Notes: generated by a model from the letters alone, not told the origin. A DNA stretch of 64,000 bases from an uncultured delta proteobacterium (GCA_963737905.1 CAVTUQ010000008.1:199982-263981), one strand, 5' to 3'; shown: positions 1 through 10,879, counted from the stretch's first letter. Made by a program: numbers and translations.

Positions 1-345
1 ATGATGGTGGGACAAACCGTCTCGGCTGAGGTCAGCATCAAAAACGTGAGTTCCGCGACTTGGCCAAGCAAACCGGACCCAAAGGGAAACTACGCCGTGT
101 ATCTTTCGTACCATTGGCTAGATCGTAGGCGGCAAATCGTGGTTTTTGAAGGATTAAGAAGTCCGTTACTGCGGGATCTCAATCCTGGAGAATCAACTAG
201 CTTAAAAGCAACGATTCGCGCGCCTGAAAAGCCCGGAGAGTTTTTGCTTCACCTGAGTTTGCTTCAGGAAGGGGTCGGGTGGTTTTCAGAAAAGGATGGC
301 GGCCAAATTTTAATACCGATCTCAGTGGGGCAAAAGCGAAAGTAA
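1..345 (+). CDS. Ig-like (NBR1/FW-like) domain protein, probably 5'-partial
   Basis: LSYHW...GLRSPL..DLNPGES...I.AP..PGEFLL.LSLLQEGVGWF pattern, typical of the Ig-like C-terminal domain found near glycosylation genes; starts at the window edge. Confidence 0.55.
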   Translation: MMVGQTVSAEVSIKNVSSATWPSKPDPKGNYAVYLSYHWLDRRRQIVVFEGLRSPLLRDLNPGESTSLKATIRAPEKPGEFLLHLSLLQEGVGWFSEKDGGQILIPISVGQKRK

Positions 346-623
346 TTGTTCAGAGCAGGATAGCCTTTCTTTGCTCTGATCGTACTTTCTTAAACTAAGG
401 AATTTAGAAGGGATAAATCAGGGGAATCCCGATAGCGGCCAGCCATCGCTTTCAGGCAACTTTACGGTTTATAGATACCTAGCCGGCAAAGACCCATGCT
501 GAGCATCTTGTGGGGCCGGCGTGGGCCGGACCGTCACCAAAACAGTCGCAAAGCTTGGAAACTTATAGTAAATAAGGGCATCTCTTTGGTACCCGTACGG
601 TGTAGATTTGCAATTCAACTAAC

Positions 624-1769
624 ATGCGGGTCGCCCTTATTCACGACTGGCTTATTACGACACGCGGGGGAGAGAAGTGCCTGGAGGCTTTTTGTGAGCT
701 ATACCCCCAAGCCGATGTTTATACGCTCGTTTATTTGCCAGATCGAGTTTCGAGTTTGATCAAATCGATGAACATTCACGCTTCAAGACTGAACAATGTC
801 CCACACATCGAACGAGTCTATCGCTACTGTCTCCCTCTATTTCCACGGGTCATCGAATCGTTTGATTTGAGAAACTACGATCTCATCGTCTCGAGCAGCC
901 ATTGCGTAGCCAAAGGAGTCTTTCCGCACCGTGCGCTCCACATTTCGTACGTCCATGCCCCCATGCGCTATGTCTGGGATATGTATGACGCTTATTTTGG
1001 CCAGGCTGCATCGCTTCTGGCTCGGGCCGGCATGTCCGTCTGGCGCCGCTATCTCCAGCGATGGGACGTTGCGGCTTCGGAGCGGGTAGACTATTTTCTA
1101 GCAAACTCCTGGAATGTCGCTGCGAAGATCCAGAAGCTCTATGGGCGCCAAGCTACGGTTGTCCACCCTCCAGTTGATCTAGAAAAGTTTCGCATTAGCG
1201 ATGGGCAAGAAGGGCAAGAACCCTACTATCTTATCGTCTCGGCTCTGGTTCCTTACAAGAGAATCGACATCGCCATTCGCGCGTTTAACGAAATGCGGCT
1301 TCCGCTGAAGATTGTCGGAGAAGGGCCTTTGCGCAGCTCGCTCGAGCGGAGCGCAGGGTCTACCATAGAGTTCCTTGGCTGGGTTGACGACTCGGTCTTG
1401 GCTGCGCTATACGGCTCGTGTCGAGCACTTATTTTCCCGGGTGAAGAAGATCTTGGGATTGTTCCGCTGGAGGCTCAGTCCTGTGGCAGGCCGGTCATCG
1501 CATACGAGAAAGGCGGAGTGCTAGAGACGGTGATTCCAGTGACGGCAAATACTCCAAGCGTGTCGCCCACCGGGATTTTTTTTTCAGAGCAGACACCAGA
1601 GGACTTAATGAGAGCGGTGGAGCACTATCGGAAGATGCAAAGCCGATTTGACCCAAAAAAGATACGGGATCACGCGGCGCAATTTTCGACGGCGCGTTTC
1701 AGAAATCAAGTTCACGAATACATCCAGGCCCGGTTGGCCGAGCGGTGGGGAGTGGACCATCCGTGCTGA
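624..1769 (+). CDS. Glycosyltransferase family 4 (GT-B)
   Basis: MRVALIHDWL..RGGEK N-terminus; EEDLGIVPLEAQSCGRPVI (EX7E) motif. Confidence 0.93.
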   Translation: MRVALIHDWLITTRGGEKCLEAFCELYPQADVYTLVYLPDRVSSLIKSMNIHASRLNNVPHIERVYRYCLPLFPRVIESFDLRNYDLIVSSSHCVAKGVFPHRALHISYVHAPMRYVWDMYDAYFGQAASLLARAGMSVWRRYLQRWDVAASERVDYFLANSWNVAAKIQKLYGRQATVVHPPVDLEKFRISDGQEGQEPYYLIVSALVPYKRIDIAIRAFNEMRLPLKIVGEGPLRSSLERSAGSTIEFLGWVDDSVLAALYGSCRALIFPGEEDLGIVPLEAQSCGRPVIAYEKGGVLETVIPVTANTPSVSPTGIFFSEQTPEDLMRAVEHYRKMQSRFDPKKIRDHAAQFSTARFRNQVHEYIQARLAERWGVDHPC

Positions 1770-3175
1770 AGCAACGGAGCGAGTTCTTCCAGAGTTTGAT
1801 GCTGCTACACGACCTCCTTTTTCTGAGCGTCGCATGGTGGCTCGCCTATCTGATCCGTTTCGAAACAGATTTTTTCCCGGAGCCCGAACCGCATCTTTTT
1901 CGACACTATACCATCGCCTGGCTTCTTATCCTGCTCGTGTGGACAGCAGTTTTTCACCGGCTGGATTTTTATCGTCCCCGGCGACTGTCGGGTCAAAACC
2001 GCGAAATCGTTGAGGTGCTCAAGGGGTGCAGTCTCGCGATGCTTATTTTCTTGGGACTCGTGTTCTTGCTTCGCGATCTCGTTCTTTCTCGAATCGTTGT
2101 GATCCTATTTGGGATATCTAGCTTTATTTTGCTTAATATCAGTCACGTCGTTTTTCGAGAAGGGTTAAGGTTTTTGCGACGACGAGGCTATAATCTGCGG
2201 CACGTGCTGCTTATCGGAACTCCCCGGCAGGTTGACCAGCTCGCGCAAAAGTTACAAGCATACCGCCAATTCGGTCTTAGCATCGCTGGGGTATACCTTA
2301 CCCAGCAACCACCGGCGGAGATGACGCCAGTCTCAGCAGGATGCCTCAAGGACACCGGGGAACTCAATCGATTGGTCAAGTCTGGAACCATCGATCAAAT
2401 CTTTGTCACGTTACCCTTAGAGCAAGCAGGCAAATTGGTCGAAATCCAGCAGTGGCTGGAAGATGAGCCCATTACGCTCCATTTTATTCCGGACGTGGGA
2501 GATCTTGCCAAGCTTCGCGGACGCATGGAAGAATTTGACGGATTACCCATCATCAGTCTACAAAGCTCGCCGTTACACGGATGGAACTCTTGCCTCAAAC
2601 GGATCATGGATCTGTCGGTCGGCGGACTGGCGCTGGTGTTTTTTTCGCCTTTAATGCTGCTGATCGCCATTATGATCAAGCTGACTTCCTCCGGACCTAT
2701 TCTATATCGACAAGAACGCATGGGTTTGGACGGAAAACAATTCAGGATTCTCAAGTTCAGGACTATGGTCAAAAATGCAGAGCAGTCCACCGGACCCGTT
2801 TGGGCCGTGGCCGATGATCCCCGGGTGACCCCGCTTGGGCGAATATTGCGGGCGACCAGTCTGGACGAATTACCCCAGTTGATTAATGTGCTCAGGGGTG
2901 AAATGAGTTTGGTGGGTCCTCGACCGGAAAGACCGGTATTGATCAAGTACTTTCGGAAATCAATTCCGGGATATATGCTGCGGCATAAAGTGAAAGCCGG
3001 CATGACCGGCTGGGCGCAGGTTAACGGATGGCGTGGAAATACTTCATTGGAGTCCCGGATCGAGCACGATTTGGATTATATCGGGAATTGGTCAATCTGG
3101 CGTGATATAAAGATCCTTGCTCTTACCGTCTTTGGCGGTTTTCGAAACCGAGGGACGGGAAGCCTGCGCAATTGA
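1763..3175 (+). CDS. Undecaprenyl-phosphate glucose phosphotransferase (WcaJ/WbaP-like)
   Basis: N-terminal TM helices; KFRTM, SLDELPQLINVLRGEMSLVGPRPERP and GMTGWAQVNG motifs; GTG start at 1763 overlaps the upstream stop. Confidence 0.93.
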   Translation: MLKQRSEFFQSLMLLHDLLFLSVAWWLAYLIRFETDFFPEPEPHLFRHYTIAWLLILLVWTAVFHRLDFYRPRRLSGQNREIVEVLKGCSLAMLIFLGLVFLLRDLVLSRIVVILFGISSFILLNISHVVFREGLRFLRRRGYNLRHVLLIGTPRQVDQLAQKLQAYRQFGLSIAGVYLTQQPPAEMTPVSAGCLKDTGELNRLVKSGTIDQIFVTLPLEQAGKLVEIQQWLEDEPITLHFIPDVGDLAKLRGRMEEFDGLPIISLQSSPLHGWNSCLKRIMDLSVGGLALVFFSPLMLLIAIMIKLTSSGPILYRQERMGLDGKQFRILKFRTMVKNAEQSTGPVWAVADDPRVTPLGRILRATSLDELPQLINVLRGEMSLVGPRPERPVLIKYFRKSIPGYMLRHKVKAGMTGWAQVNGWRGNTSLESRIEHDLDYIGNWSIWRDIKILALTVFGGFRNRGTGSLRN

Positions 3176-3225
3176 TTTTGTTCGTTTCGCGGTGTCCTTA
3201 ATCATATCCTATTGCGCTCCATGGA

Positions 3226-4476
3226 GTGCCCCTCCATATTCGACAACGCATGGATAAAGTTATCGCATGGTGGGGCAAGGGGATTTTTGTTTCGCTCTGC
3301 CTCACGATTGTCCTGTTGGGCACTGGACCGTTGGATTCGTCTTCGCCCGGCTTGAGCGTCAGTGCGTGGAGCGTTTCCCGGACGACCTTTTTCATCTGGC
3401 TGATCTGGAAACTGTTGATTTGGGTCCGGCACGGCAGTTCCCAACTCGGTTTTCGCAAGCTCGTTATACCGATTCCTCTCCTTCTTTTCTTCACTCTTGT
3501 CACGATATCCTTACTACCGGACTATCATCAGGCCGGTGACTATCGCTATTTTTTCTTGGGATCCATGCATTATCTGATGATTTTGGATCTCTGCTCAGAT
3601 CAAAAAAGATGGCGTCTCATATTTCATTTGCTGGCTTTGTTGCCCGGTCTGCTTGCGGTGCGGGGCATTTTATACGATCCGTTGGTGCTTGAACTGGATC
3701 AGATGCGGCGGTTTGGTTACCCCTTGCCCCATCCCAATATTGCCGGTTACCTTTTCGCCATGACTCTTCCACTTTGCTTGGCGATAGCAGTCGGTGGAGC
3801 AAGGAAGGTGCGTGCGCTCTCGCTGCTTTCCGGTGGCGCCCAGTTGTTGGCGCTGATCCTTACTTATTCGAGGGGTGCCTGGTTGGGATGGTCGGTCTCG
3901 ATCTTTTCCTTTGGCGTCATGCTAAAGCGGTGGAGAGAAGTTTGGATCATTTTGACAATGGTTGGGCTGCTCCTATCTCTAGCGACACCTCTACACGAGC
4001 GCTTATTTACGCTGGTCAACCCGCAGACTGACTTTTCGATCAACGAAAGGATGCAGGCGATAGAGGCTGGCCTGAAAGTGGGCTTAGATCATCCGGTTTT
4101 AGGCGTGGGCTACGGGCGTGGGCGGCTCAGGGAAGGTCTTCGAGAACAAGAGAAAAAAACCGGGGCTAAGATTGGCCACATAGCGCATACCCACAACATG
4201 TACGTTGAACTCTTCGCGCAAACCGGATTGCTGGGACTCAGCGCCTTCCTGTGGTTGCTCTGTCAGGCTTTCTGCCAGGCTATAAACAACGCAGGTCGTT
4301 TCAAGGGTTCGGAGCGAGCATTCGCGCTCGGAATCGCCGCAGCTTGGATCGCATTTGGCGTAACCGGCTTCGGCGATGTCCCCTTTTATCATCACGAAAT
4401 TCGCATCTTGTTTTTTAGTCTCTTAGCGCTGACGCATTTCTATAGTCAGCCTTCGGCCCCATCCGTTTGCAATTAG
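3226..4476 (+). CDS. O-antigen ligase / Wzy_C family membrane protein
   Basis: Polytopic; HPNIAG, TYSRGAWLG, HPVLGVGYG and HTHNMYVELFAQTGLLG motifs. Confidence 0.88.
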   Translation: MPLHIRQRMDKVIAWWGKGIFVSLCLTIVLLGTGPLDSSSPGLSVSAWSVSRTTFFIWLIWKLLIWVRHGSSQLGFRKLVIPIPLLLFFTLVTISLLPDYHQAGDYRYFFLGSMHYLMILDLCSDQKRWRLIFHLLALLPGLLAVRGILYDPLVLELDQMRRFGYPLPHPNIAGYLFAMTLPLCLAIAVGGARKVRALSLLSGGAQLLALILTYSRGAWLGWSVSIFSFGVMLKRWREVWIILTMVGLLLSLATPLHERLFTLVNPQTDFSINERMQAIEAGLKVGLDHPVLGVGYGRGRLREGLREQEKKTGAKIGHIAHTHNMYVELFAQTGLLGLSAFLWLLCQAFCQAINNAGRFKGSERAFALGIAAAWIAFGVTGFGDVPFYHHEIRILFFSLLALTHFYSQPSAPSVCN

Positions 4477-4520
4477 TTTCCACCTTTTGGAAAATTTGGT
4501 ATGATGAGGCCGGTTTCAAA

Positions 4521-4904
4521 ATGGCACATCAGGCATATCAGGGGAAGATTGTCGAAAAGCCATGGGGTTATGAGCTCCTATGGGCTCATACACCGCGCTA
4601 TGTGGGAAAGATTCTCCACATCAATAAAGGAGAATCCCTGAGCTATCAATACCACAGAGTCAAGGACGAAACGGTCCGCCTTCTAAGCGGAAGCCTGGAG
4701 ATGGAGGTAGAGCTGGGGGGCGAGAGAACAAAACTCAAGTTCAAGCCAGGTGACTGCCTTCACATAGTTCCCGGGATGAAGCACAGGATGACGGGCCTCG
4801 AAGAATGCGATGTCTTGGAAGTATCGACCCCCGAGCTCGATGACGTGGTGCGGTTGGAAGATCGCTATGGCAGAACGGATACAAAAGATAAAGATCCGGT
4901 GTAA
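4521..4904 (+). CDS. Cupin (mannose-6-phosphate isomerase-like)
   Basis: KPWGYE...LSYQYHRVKDET...H...EVSTPELDDVVRLEDRYGR. Confidence 0.85.
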   Translation: MAHQAYQGKIVEKPWGYELLWAHTPRYVGKILHINKGESLSYQYHRVKDETVRLLSGSLEMEVELGGERTKLKFKPGDCLHIVPGMKHRMTGLEECDVLEVSTPELDDVVRLEDRYGRTDTKDKDPV

Positions 4905-4916
4905 GTAGTCACCTCT

Positions 4917-6617
4917 ATGGATGTCCATTTGAGTCTCGCTGAGCAGTTGATCGAGCGCCGCCTTCTCTCTAGCGAAGAGATGGAGCGGGTAGCCAAACTT
5001 CAGCAGGAACAGCAGGCTCCGCTCACCCGACTGATTGTCGAGCTGGGATTTCTTTCCGAGGATGATCTGCTGCCTGTGCTGCGGGATCATTTCGAGATTC
5101 CAATGATCACGCTGAAGGATTTGCCCGCCGCTCCGCTCGCCGTGGAGTTTTCTCCCACGATCGGGGATTTTTTCAAGCAGGCCCGCATGGTACCGATAAA
5201 AATCGAAGGCCGGGATCTAGTCGTTGCGATTAACGACCCGATGGATATCTCTCGTCTCCATGCGCTGGAGCTCGCTGCCGGATTGCACGTTAAACCCGTA
5301 CTGGCCAAGGAAAAAGACATCACAGCGAGAATCGAGGCCCTGTTCGGCAATTCCTATTCAACCGAAGCCAACACGGGTTCGGCTGCCCGTGAGATCGAAG
5401 GTGCGGTGGACGAGGAAGATGTCGCTCATCTGCGCGATATGGCGTCCGAAGTACCCGTCATCCGTCTGGTGAATCAAATGCTAGTGCGGGCGCTGGAGAG
5501 CCGCGCCTCGGATGTTCATATCGAGCCTTTTGAGAATCAGCTGAAGATCCGGTATCGTATCGACGGCATTCTTCACGAAGTGGAGCCACCGCCTCGTCAG
5601 TTGAAAGCCGCCGTGATCTCGCGTCTAAAAATTCTGGCCCAACTCAATATTGCAGAGCGCCGGCTGCCGCAGGATGGACGAATCAAGATCCGGCTGGCGG
5701 GTAAGGATGTCGATCTCCGCATTGCCACCGTTCCAACGCTGTACGGAGAAAGCGTGGTCATTCGTCTGTTGGAGCGCGCGCAAATCTTTACGCAGATGGA
5801 TGCTCTGGGTTTTCCTGCTGCCATCCTCCAACATTTCAATGAAATGATCTCCAAGCCTCATGGGATGATTCTCGTTACCGGGCCCACGGGAAGTGGTAAG
5901 ACCACAACCCTTTACGGAGCTTTGCAAAAAATCAACGACCCGGGGAAAAAGATCATTACCATCGAAGATCCGGTGGAATATCAACTTAGCGGCGTGAATC
6001 AGATCCAGGTTAAGCCGCAAATCGGCCTTTCTTTCGCCAACGGCCTGCGGTCGATCGTGCGCCAGGATCCCGATGTGATCATGGTCGGCGAAATTCGCGA
6101 CGCGGAAACTGCGGAGATCGCGGTTCAAGCCGCGCTGACGGGTCACTTGGTTTTCTCCACATTGCACACGAACGATGCTGCGGGCGCGATTTCACGCCTG
6201 TTGGAGATGGGAGTTCAGGATTATCTCCTTTCGTCTTCGCTGTTGGGTGTCCTAGCGCAGAGACTGGTGCGCCGGCTGTGTGTCAATTGCCGGAAAGAGG
6301 TTTCCTTCGCAGGCTTTGACGGAAACGAGCCCGAATTGACGCTTCCAAGCACGGAGAGACTGGAAACTGTATGGGACGCCGTGGGTTGCGATCGGTGTAG
6401 CGGCACCGGATATCTCGGTCGCGTGGGAATCTATGAGCTATTACCCGTGACTTCTGAGGTCTGCAAAGTCATCGTTCAACGCGCGGATGCGGGAATGATC
6501 CGTAGCCTGGCGGTCCAGCAGGGCATGCGTCTGTTGAGGGACGATGGCTGGCACAAAGTCCGATACGGCGTCACAACCGTCGCCGAAGTGCTGCGTGTTA
6601 CCAGAGAGGAAGCTTAA
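4917..6617 (+). CDS. gspE: Type II secretion ATPase
   Basis: ASDVHIEP, Walker A GPTGSGKTT, RQDPDVIMVGEIRD, STLHTN, CxxC...CxxC zinc motif. Confidence 0.95.
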   Translation: MDVHLSLAEQLIERRLLSSEEMERVAKLQQEQQAPLTRLIVELGFLSEDDLLPVLRDHFEIPMITLKDLPAAPLAVEFSPTIGDFFKQARMVPIKIEGRDLVVAINDPMDISRLHALELAAGLHVKPVLAKEKDITARIEALFGNSYSTEANTGSAAREIEGAVDEEDVAHLRDMASEVPVIRLVNQMLVRALESRASDVHIEPFENQLKIRYRIDGILHEVEPPPRQLKAAVISRLKILAQLNIAERRLPQDGRIKIRLAGKDVDLRIATVPTLYGESVVIRLLERAQIFTQMDALGFPAAILQHFNEMISKPHGMILVTGPTGSGKTTTLYGALQKINDPGKKIITIEDPVEYQLSGVNQIQVKPQIGLSFANGLRSIVRQDPDVIMVGEIRDAETAEIAVQAALTGHLVFSTLHTNDAAGAISRLLEMGVQDYLLSSSLLGVLAQRLVRRLCVNCRKEVSFAGFDGNEPELTLPSTERLETVWDAVGCDRCSGTGYLGRVGIYELLPVTSEVCKVIVQRADAGMIRSLAVQQGMRLLRDDGWHKVRYGVTTVAEVLRVTREEA

Positions 6618-6698
6618 GTCGGGCTTGAAACGAGTAAGGCCGCTATCCTCCGGAGTCTAATCGTCTCTAGCGCTCGACTGGCCTGCTTTACTATTCCC

Positions 6699-7922
6699 AT
6701 GGCCTTTTTCCAATATCGCGCCGCCGATCAAGCTGGCAAAATCGTCGAAGGTGTAATGGAAGCCGATGCGGAACCGGGTGTCGTGGCTCGCCTCCATGAG
6801 ATGGGCTGCATTCCGCTACGCATCGCGATGCCGGGGGACCGATTGGCCGCGGGTTCTCAGGCGCGACGACCGCTGATTCCGAAGCGCAAGGTCAACCAAC
6901 AGCAGCTACTCCAATTCACCCAGGAGCTCAGTACGCTTCTGGGGGCCGGGCTGCCGCTGGACCGTAGCCTTTCACTTCTCGCCAATTTGATCGAAGGGGA
7001 GGATTTTACCAAGGTCATGCGGACTCTCCTGGAGGCGGTGCGCGCCGGTAAATCGCTGGCCGCTGCCATGGGGGAGCATCCCGAGGTGTTTCCCAAGATC
7101 TACGTGAACATGATTCGAGCGGGAGAGGCCGGAGGGATTTTGGAAGGCGTTCTTCGCCATCTCGCCGAATATTTGGAGCGCTCGGTGGCTCTTAAAGAGG
7201 ATATAAAATCGGCTTTGGTCTACCCGACGATCTTGGCGGCGGCCGCAGGACTTTCCTTGACTGTACTTTTCATCTATGTGATTCCGCGCTTTGCCTTAAT
7301 CTTTAAAGACGTCGGCCAAGCCTTACCGTGGATTACCAAGGTCGTTCTCGATTTAAGCCAACTATTGACACAGTACGGTTGGCTTATCTTGCTTTTGCTG
7401 GTCATGGGAGCCGTGGGCGGAGTATATTATTTTCGCAGCCCGGAAGGGCGGGCGGAATGGGACCGCCAGTCTCTTCGTGTTTGGCTTTTGGGGGACCTGC
7501 TCAGAAAGTTCGAAACGGCTCGCTTTGCCAGAACGCTGGCGGCCTTATTGAAGGGAGGGGTGCCTCTGCTCGAAGCCCTCGGTACAGTTCAGGCCATTGT
7601 CGGGAACCGTTTGCTATCCCGGGCCATTGGGCAGGTCCAAGTTCGCGTGCGTGAGGGAAAGGGGATGGCACAACCACTCGGGGAAAGCGGAATGTTTCCA
7701 CCGCTCGCATTGAATATGATTGCTGTCGGTGAGGAGACCGGAAAGTTGGAAGGCATGCTCAGTGAGGTCGCCGAGCATTACGATCAAGAAGTCAAACGGA
7801 CGACCAAGAGATTAACTGCGCTATTAGAGCCGGCGCTCATTCTAGGCATGGGACTCATCATCGGGGTGGTTGTGGTCTCGATGCTGCTGGCTATCTTTAG
7901 CATCAATGATTTGCCATTCTAA
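6699..7922 (+). CDS. gspF: Type II secretion inner-membrane platform protein
   Basis: Two T2SSF repeats (AGEAGGIL; VGEETGKL...LEPALI); follows gspE. Confidence 0.93.
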   Translation: MAFFQYRAADQAGKIVEGVMEADAEPGVVARLHEMGCIPLRIAMPGDRLAAGSQARRPLIPKRKVNQQQLLQFTQELSTLLGAGLPLDRSLSLLANLIEGEDFTKVMRTLLEAVRAGKSLAAAMGEHPEVFPKIYVNMIRAGEAGGILEGVLRHLAEYLERSVALKEDIKSALVYPTILAAAAGLSLTVLFIYVIPRFALIFKDVGQALPWITKVVLDLSQLLTQYGWLILLLLVMGAVGGVYYFRSPEGRAEWDRQSLRVWLLGDLLRKFETARFARTLAALLKGGVPLLEALGTVQAIVGNRLLSRAIGQVQVRVREGKGMAQPLGESGMFPPLALNMIAVGEETGKLEGMLSEVAEHYDQEVKRTTKRLTALLEPALILGMGLIIGVVVVSMLLAIFSINDLPF

Positions 7923-7926
7923 GAAA

Positions 7927-8340
7927 ATGCGAAACCGCGACGGTTTCACACTTATCGAGTTGCTCGTGGTGATGGTCATCATCGGGCTGCTCGCGGCGCT
8001 GGTGGGGCCGCGCTTCATCCGACAAGAAGAAAAGGCGAAGATCAAAGCAGCGAAGGCGCAGATCGAGCTCCTGGGCACCGCTCTGGATACTTTTCGACTC
8101 GACGTCGGGCGCTATCCGAGCACCCAGGAGGGGCTCGAGGCCTTGAGGACCAAACCGGGCGGTCTCGAACGATGGGACGGGCCCTACCTCAAGAAGGATC
8201 TGCCTCTGGATCCCTGGGGCAAGGCCTATGCTTACAAGAGTCCGGGCGAACATGGTGCCTTTGATATTGTTTCCTACGGTCCCGACGGAGCGCCCGGCGG
8301 CGAAGAGGATAACCGTGATATTACGAGCTGGGAGCGATAA
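7927..8340 (+). CDS. gspG: Major pseudopilin
   Basis: G|FTLIELLVV prepilin site; GRYPSTQEGLEAL, WDGPYL, DPWG motifs. Confidence 0.95.
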   Translation: MRNRDGFTLIELLVVMVIIGLLAALVGPRFIRQEEKAKIKAAKAQIELLGTALDTFRLDVGRYPSTQEGLEALRTKPGGLERWDGPYLKKDLPLDPWGKAYAYKSPGEHGAFDIVSYGPDGAPGGEEDNRDITSWER

Positions 8341-8782
8341 CCGAGGATTTTCACTTTTAGAGCTGCTCCTGGTTTTGCTCCTCTTAGGTGTGAGTAGCTT
8401 AATCGTACTCCCGGCCATCGATAGTGGACTGCGCGAGCGGGAAGTCAGACGCTCTGCCCTAGGTCTCGCTGCGGTCGCGCGCGAGCTCCGTAGCCGCGCT
8501 TTATACGAAGGAATCCCGCAACGCCTTGTCTTGAACGTTGTTGACAATAGTTATCTCGTGGCTCGCGATCGTGAAGTGCATTTGCCGTCGAATGTGAACT
8601 TCTCTCAGGTCGAGGGCGGAGAGACCCTCGACAGGAGCGTACGGCAGTTTGTTTTTTTTCCGAACGGGAGCAACCTAGGAGGGAAGATTGGTTTGATGGG
8701 CGGCCAGAACGCAACTTCGTATTCGGTTCGCCTCGAACCGCTGAGCGGCAAAATTGATGTGATCAAGGGTCAAAAATCGTGA
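8315..8782 (+). CDS. gspH: Minor pseudopilin H
   Basis: G|FSLLELLLV; FFPNGSNLGG; GTG start chosen at 8315. Confidence 0.82.
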   Translation: MILRAGSDNRGFSLLELLLVLLLLGVSSLIVLPAIDSGLREREVRRSALGLAAVARELRSRALYEGIPQRLVLNVVDNSYLVARDREVHLPSNVNFSQVEGGETLDRSVRQFVFFPNGSNLGGKIGLMGGQNATSYSVRLEPLSGKIDVIKGQKS

Positions 8783-9195
8783 CTATCAGGCGCAACTTTC
8801 CTTCGCTCTCAGCTGGATTCACGCTGTTGGAAGTTGTCGTAGCGATGACCATCGTGGGCATCGGCGTGGTGACGCTTTTAGAAATTTTTTCCACGGGACT
8901 TCATTTGGGCTCCAGGAGTTCCGACGCGACGGAAGCCATGACCTACGGTCGTCAAGCGATGGACGAGATTTTGTTGCGGCGCAAGATCGAGGAGGGCGCG
9001 CAGCAAGGCTCGCTCAATGAAAAGACCCGCTGGAAAGTCGGGATTGAGCCTGTAAAGGAGCCCTCCGATACACTGTCCTTGTCGTCCGCCTGGGAGTTGA
9101 AGGAAATTACCTTGGACATGCGTGTGACGGAAGCGGGAAGGGATCGAACCGTGGAGTTGCGGACCTATCGTCTCGTGCGAAGGAAGAACCAGTGA
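8779..9195 (+). CDS. gspI: Minor pseudopilin I
   Basis: G|FTLLEVVVA; size and position. Confidence 0.82.
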   Translation: MTIRRNFPSLSAGFTLLEVVVAMTIVGIGVVTLLEIFSTGLHLGSRSSDATEAMTYGRQAMDEILLRRKIEEGAQQGSLNEKTRWKVGIEPVKEPSDTLSLSSAWELKEITLDMRVTEAGRDRTVELRTYRLVRRKNQ

Positions 9196-9866
9196 CTGGA
9201 CGATCTGCCTTCGACCCTACTCAGGCCAATCGGTCGCAATCGGGGTTCACTTTGATCGAGGTGATGCTTGCGATGACGATCTTTGCTCTCATGAGCACTG
9301 TACTCTATGGAGCGTTTTCTCTGGGTCACAGCGCCGTGGAGAAGTCCCAGAGGAGTTTTGAAAGGAATCAGAAGCTGCGCGCGGTGGATGAGCTGTTGGG
9401 GAGTTATATCCGATCTGCCTATCCCTATCGCTCTTCGCCTCAGGGGTCGACGATTCTCTTTGCGGGCGAGCAAGCCGATCTTACCTTCGTTTCGTCTTTT
9501 TCGCTCGCCATGGGCGGGCGCGGTATGGCAAAGGTGCATCTTTTTTGGGAAGGGGATGAAAATCGTGCCGGCGTGCTACGCTTGGAAGAAGAAACACCGG
9601 TGCGTGTTCTGAGCGAAGAAGACGAAAAAGACAATCAAGGGCATCAAGGCCTCAGCAACAGCCTGGTTCTTCGCGAAGGTGTCAAGGAGGTTCGCATCAC
9701 CTATTTGGACTCGCAGAGCGATGAGGAGAAATGGGAGGAACGTTGGGATGCCAGGGAAAGAAACGTGCTGCCGCGGGCGGTGCGGCTCAATTATCTCACG
9801 GCGGAAGGCCGGAAGGTTCAGTGGGTTTTCCCAGTGATGATGAACTTACTGGGCCAGCGACCGTGA
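9192..9866 (+). CDS. gspJ: Minor pseudopilin J
   Basis: G|FTLIEVMLA; W..RW....LPRAVRL C-terminal motif. Confidence 0.85.
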   Translation: MTGRSAFDPTQANRSQSGFTLIEVMLAMTIFALMSTVLYGAFSLGHSAVEKSQRSFERNQKLRAVDELLGSYIRSAYPYRSSPQGSTILFAGEQADLTFVSSFSLAMGGRGMAKVHLFWEGDENRAGVLRLEEETPVRVLSEEDEKDNQGHQGLSNSLVLREGVKEVRITYLDSQSDEEKWEERWDARERNVLPRAVRLNYLTAEGRKVQWVFPVMMNLLGQRP

Positions 9867-10879
9867 GTGTGGGCGGCAAAGAAAAAACCTCAGGTTGTCT
9901 AAACCAGCGGGGTGTCGCCCTGTTGGTTGTCCTATGGATTTTTATTTTTCTCTTCGTGGTGGCCTTTGATTTCAGCACCTCCGTACGTGAAGAGGCGACG
10001 GCTGCGCATCGCTTTAGTGACGAGACCCAGGGGTATTACATTGCGCTAGCTGGCTTCGAGCGGGGAGTCTATGAATTTCTCCAACAGTCGACGGGCCGCG
10101 ATACGCTGGGAACGCAAAAAAAGGCGGATATTTTCGATGGCGATTGGCATGAAGAAGCGCTTGGCGGCGGGACTTTCCGAGTGCGCTGGGTAGATGAGGG
10201 AGGCAAGATCAATATCAATCGCGCAGACGAAGAGACCCTCCGGCGCGTTTTTACGAACTTGGACGTTGCGGAACCCAGTAGGGCGATCCTGGTCGATTCG
10301 ATTATGGATTGGCGCGACCCTGATGATCTCCATCGATTGAGCGGCGCCGAGAATGAGTATTATCGATCCCTGACCCCGTCTTATACAGCCAAGAACGGCC
10401 CTTTCGATACGGTGGAAGATCTTCTTTGGGTAAGAGGCATGACCTCGGAGCTTTTTTACGGTTACGGCGATGCCAAAGGGGATCAAGAGGAGAACAAACA
10501 AAGGGTAGCTCTGCGCGAGATTTTTACCGTCGATAGCCCCATCGATCGCGTCAATCTTCGAACCGCGTCCGCGGATGTTATTCACGCGCTTACGGGAATA
10601 CCCTTGGAGAAAAGTCGCCGTTTTGTGGAGGAAAGAAAAAAGCTTTCCGATAAGACGCTAGCCGATTTGCTGCCGCTATTGGGAATTGGCGCAGGCGATG
10701 CCGCCTTGCAGCAGTTTGTGTTTGCCAATCCGGCTGTGGTCACCGTGGAAGCCGAAGGACATCCCGGAGAATCGCTCGTGTCGCGGCGGGTCAAAGGTGT
10801 CGTGCGCGCAGCCGGAGGAGGTCGCGAGTTTGAACTGGTGCGTTGGATCGACCGCGAAGTCGCGCTGGCAGCGCGCTAA
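9863..10879 (+). CDS. gspK: Minor pseudopilin K
   Basis: RG|VALLVVLW without E5; DEGGKININ, DWRDPDD, GAENEYY, KNGPFDTVEDL. Confidence 0.9.
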   Translation: MSVGGKEKTSGCLNQRGVALLVVLWIFIFLFVVAFDFSTSVREEATAAHRFSDETQGYYIALAGFERGVYEFLQQSTGRDTLGTQKKADIFDGDWHEEALGGGTFRVRWVDEGGKININRADEETLRRVFTNLDVAEPSRAILVDSIMDWRDPDDLHRLSGAENEYYRSLTPSYTAKNGPFDTVEDLLWVRGMTSELFYGYGDAKGDQEENKQRVALREIFTVDSPIDRVNLRTASADVIHALTGIPLEKSRRFVEERKKLSDKTLADLLPLLGIGAGDAALQQFVFANPAVVTVEAEGHPGESLVSRRVKGVVRAAGGGREFELVRWIDREVALAAR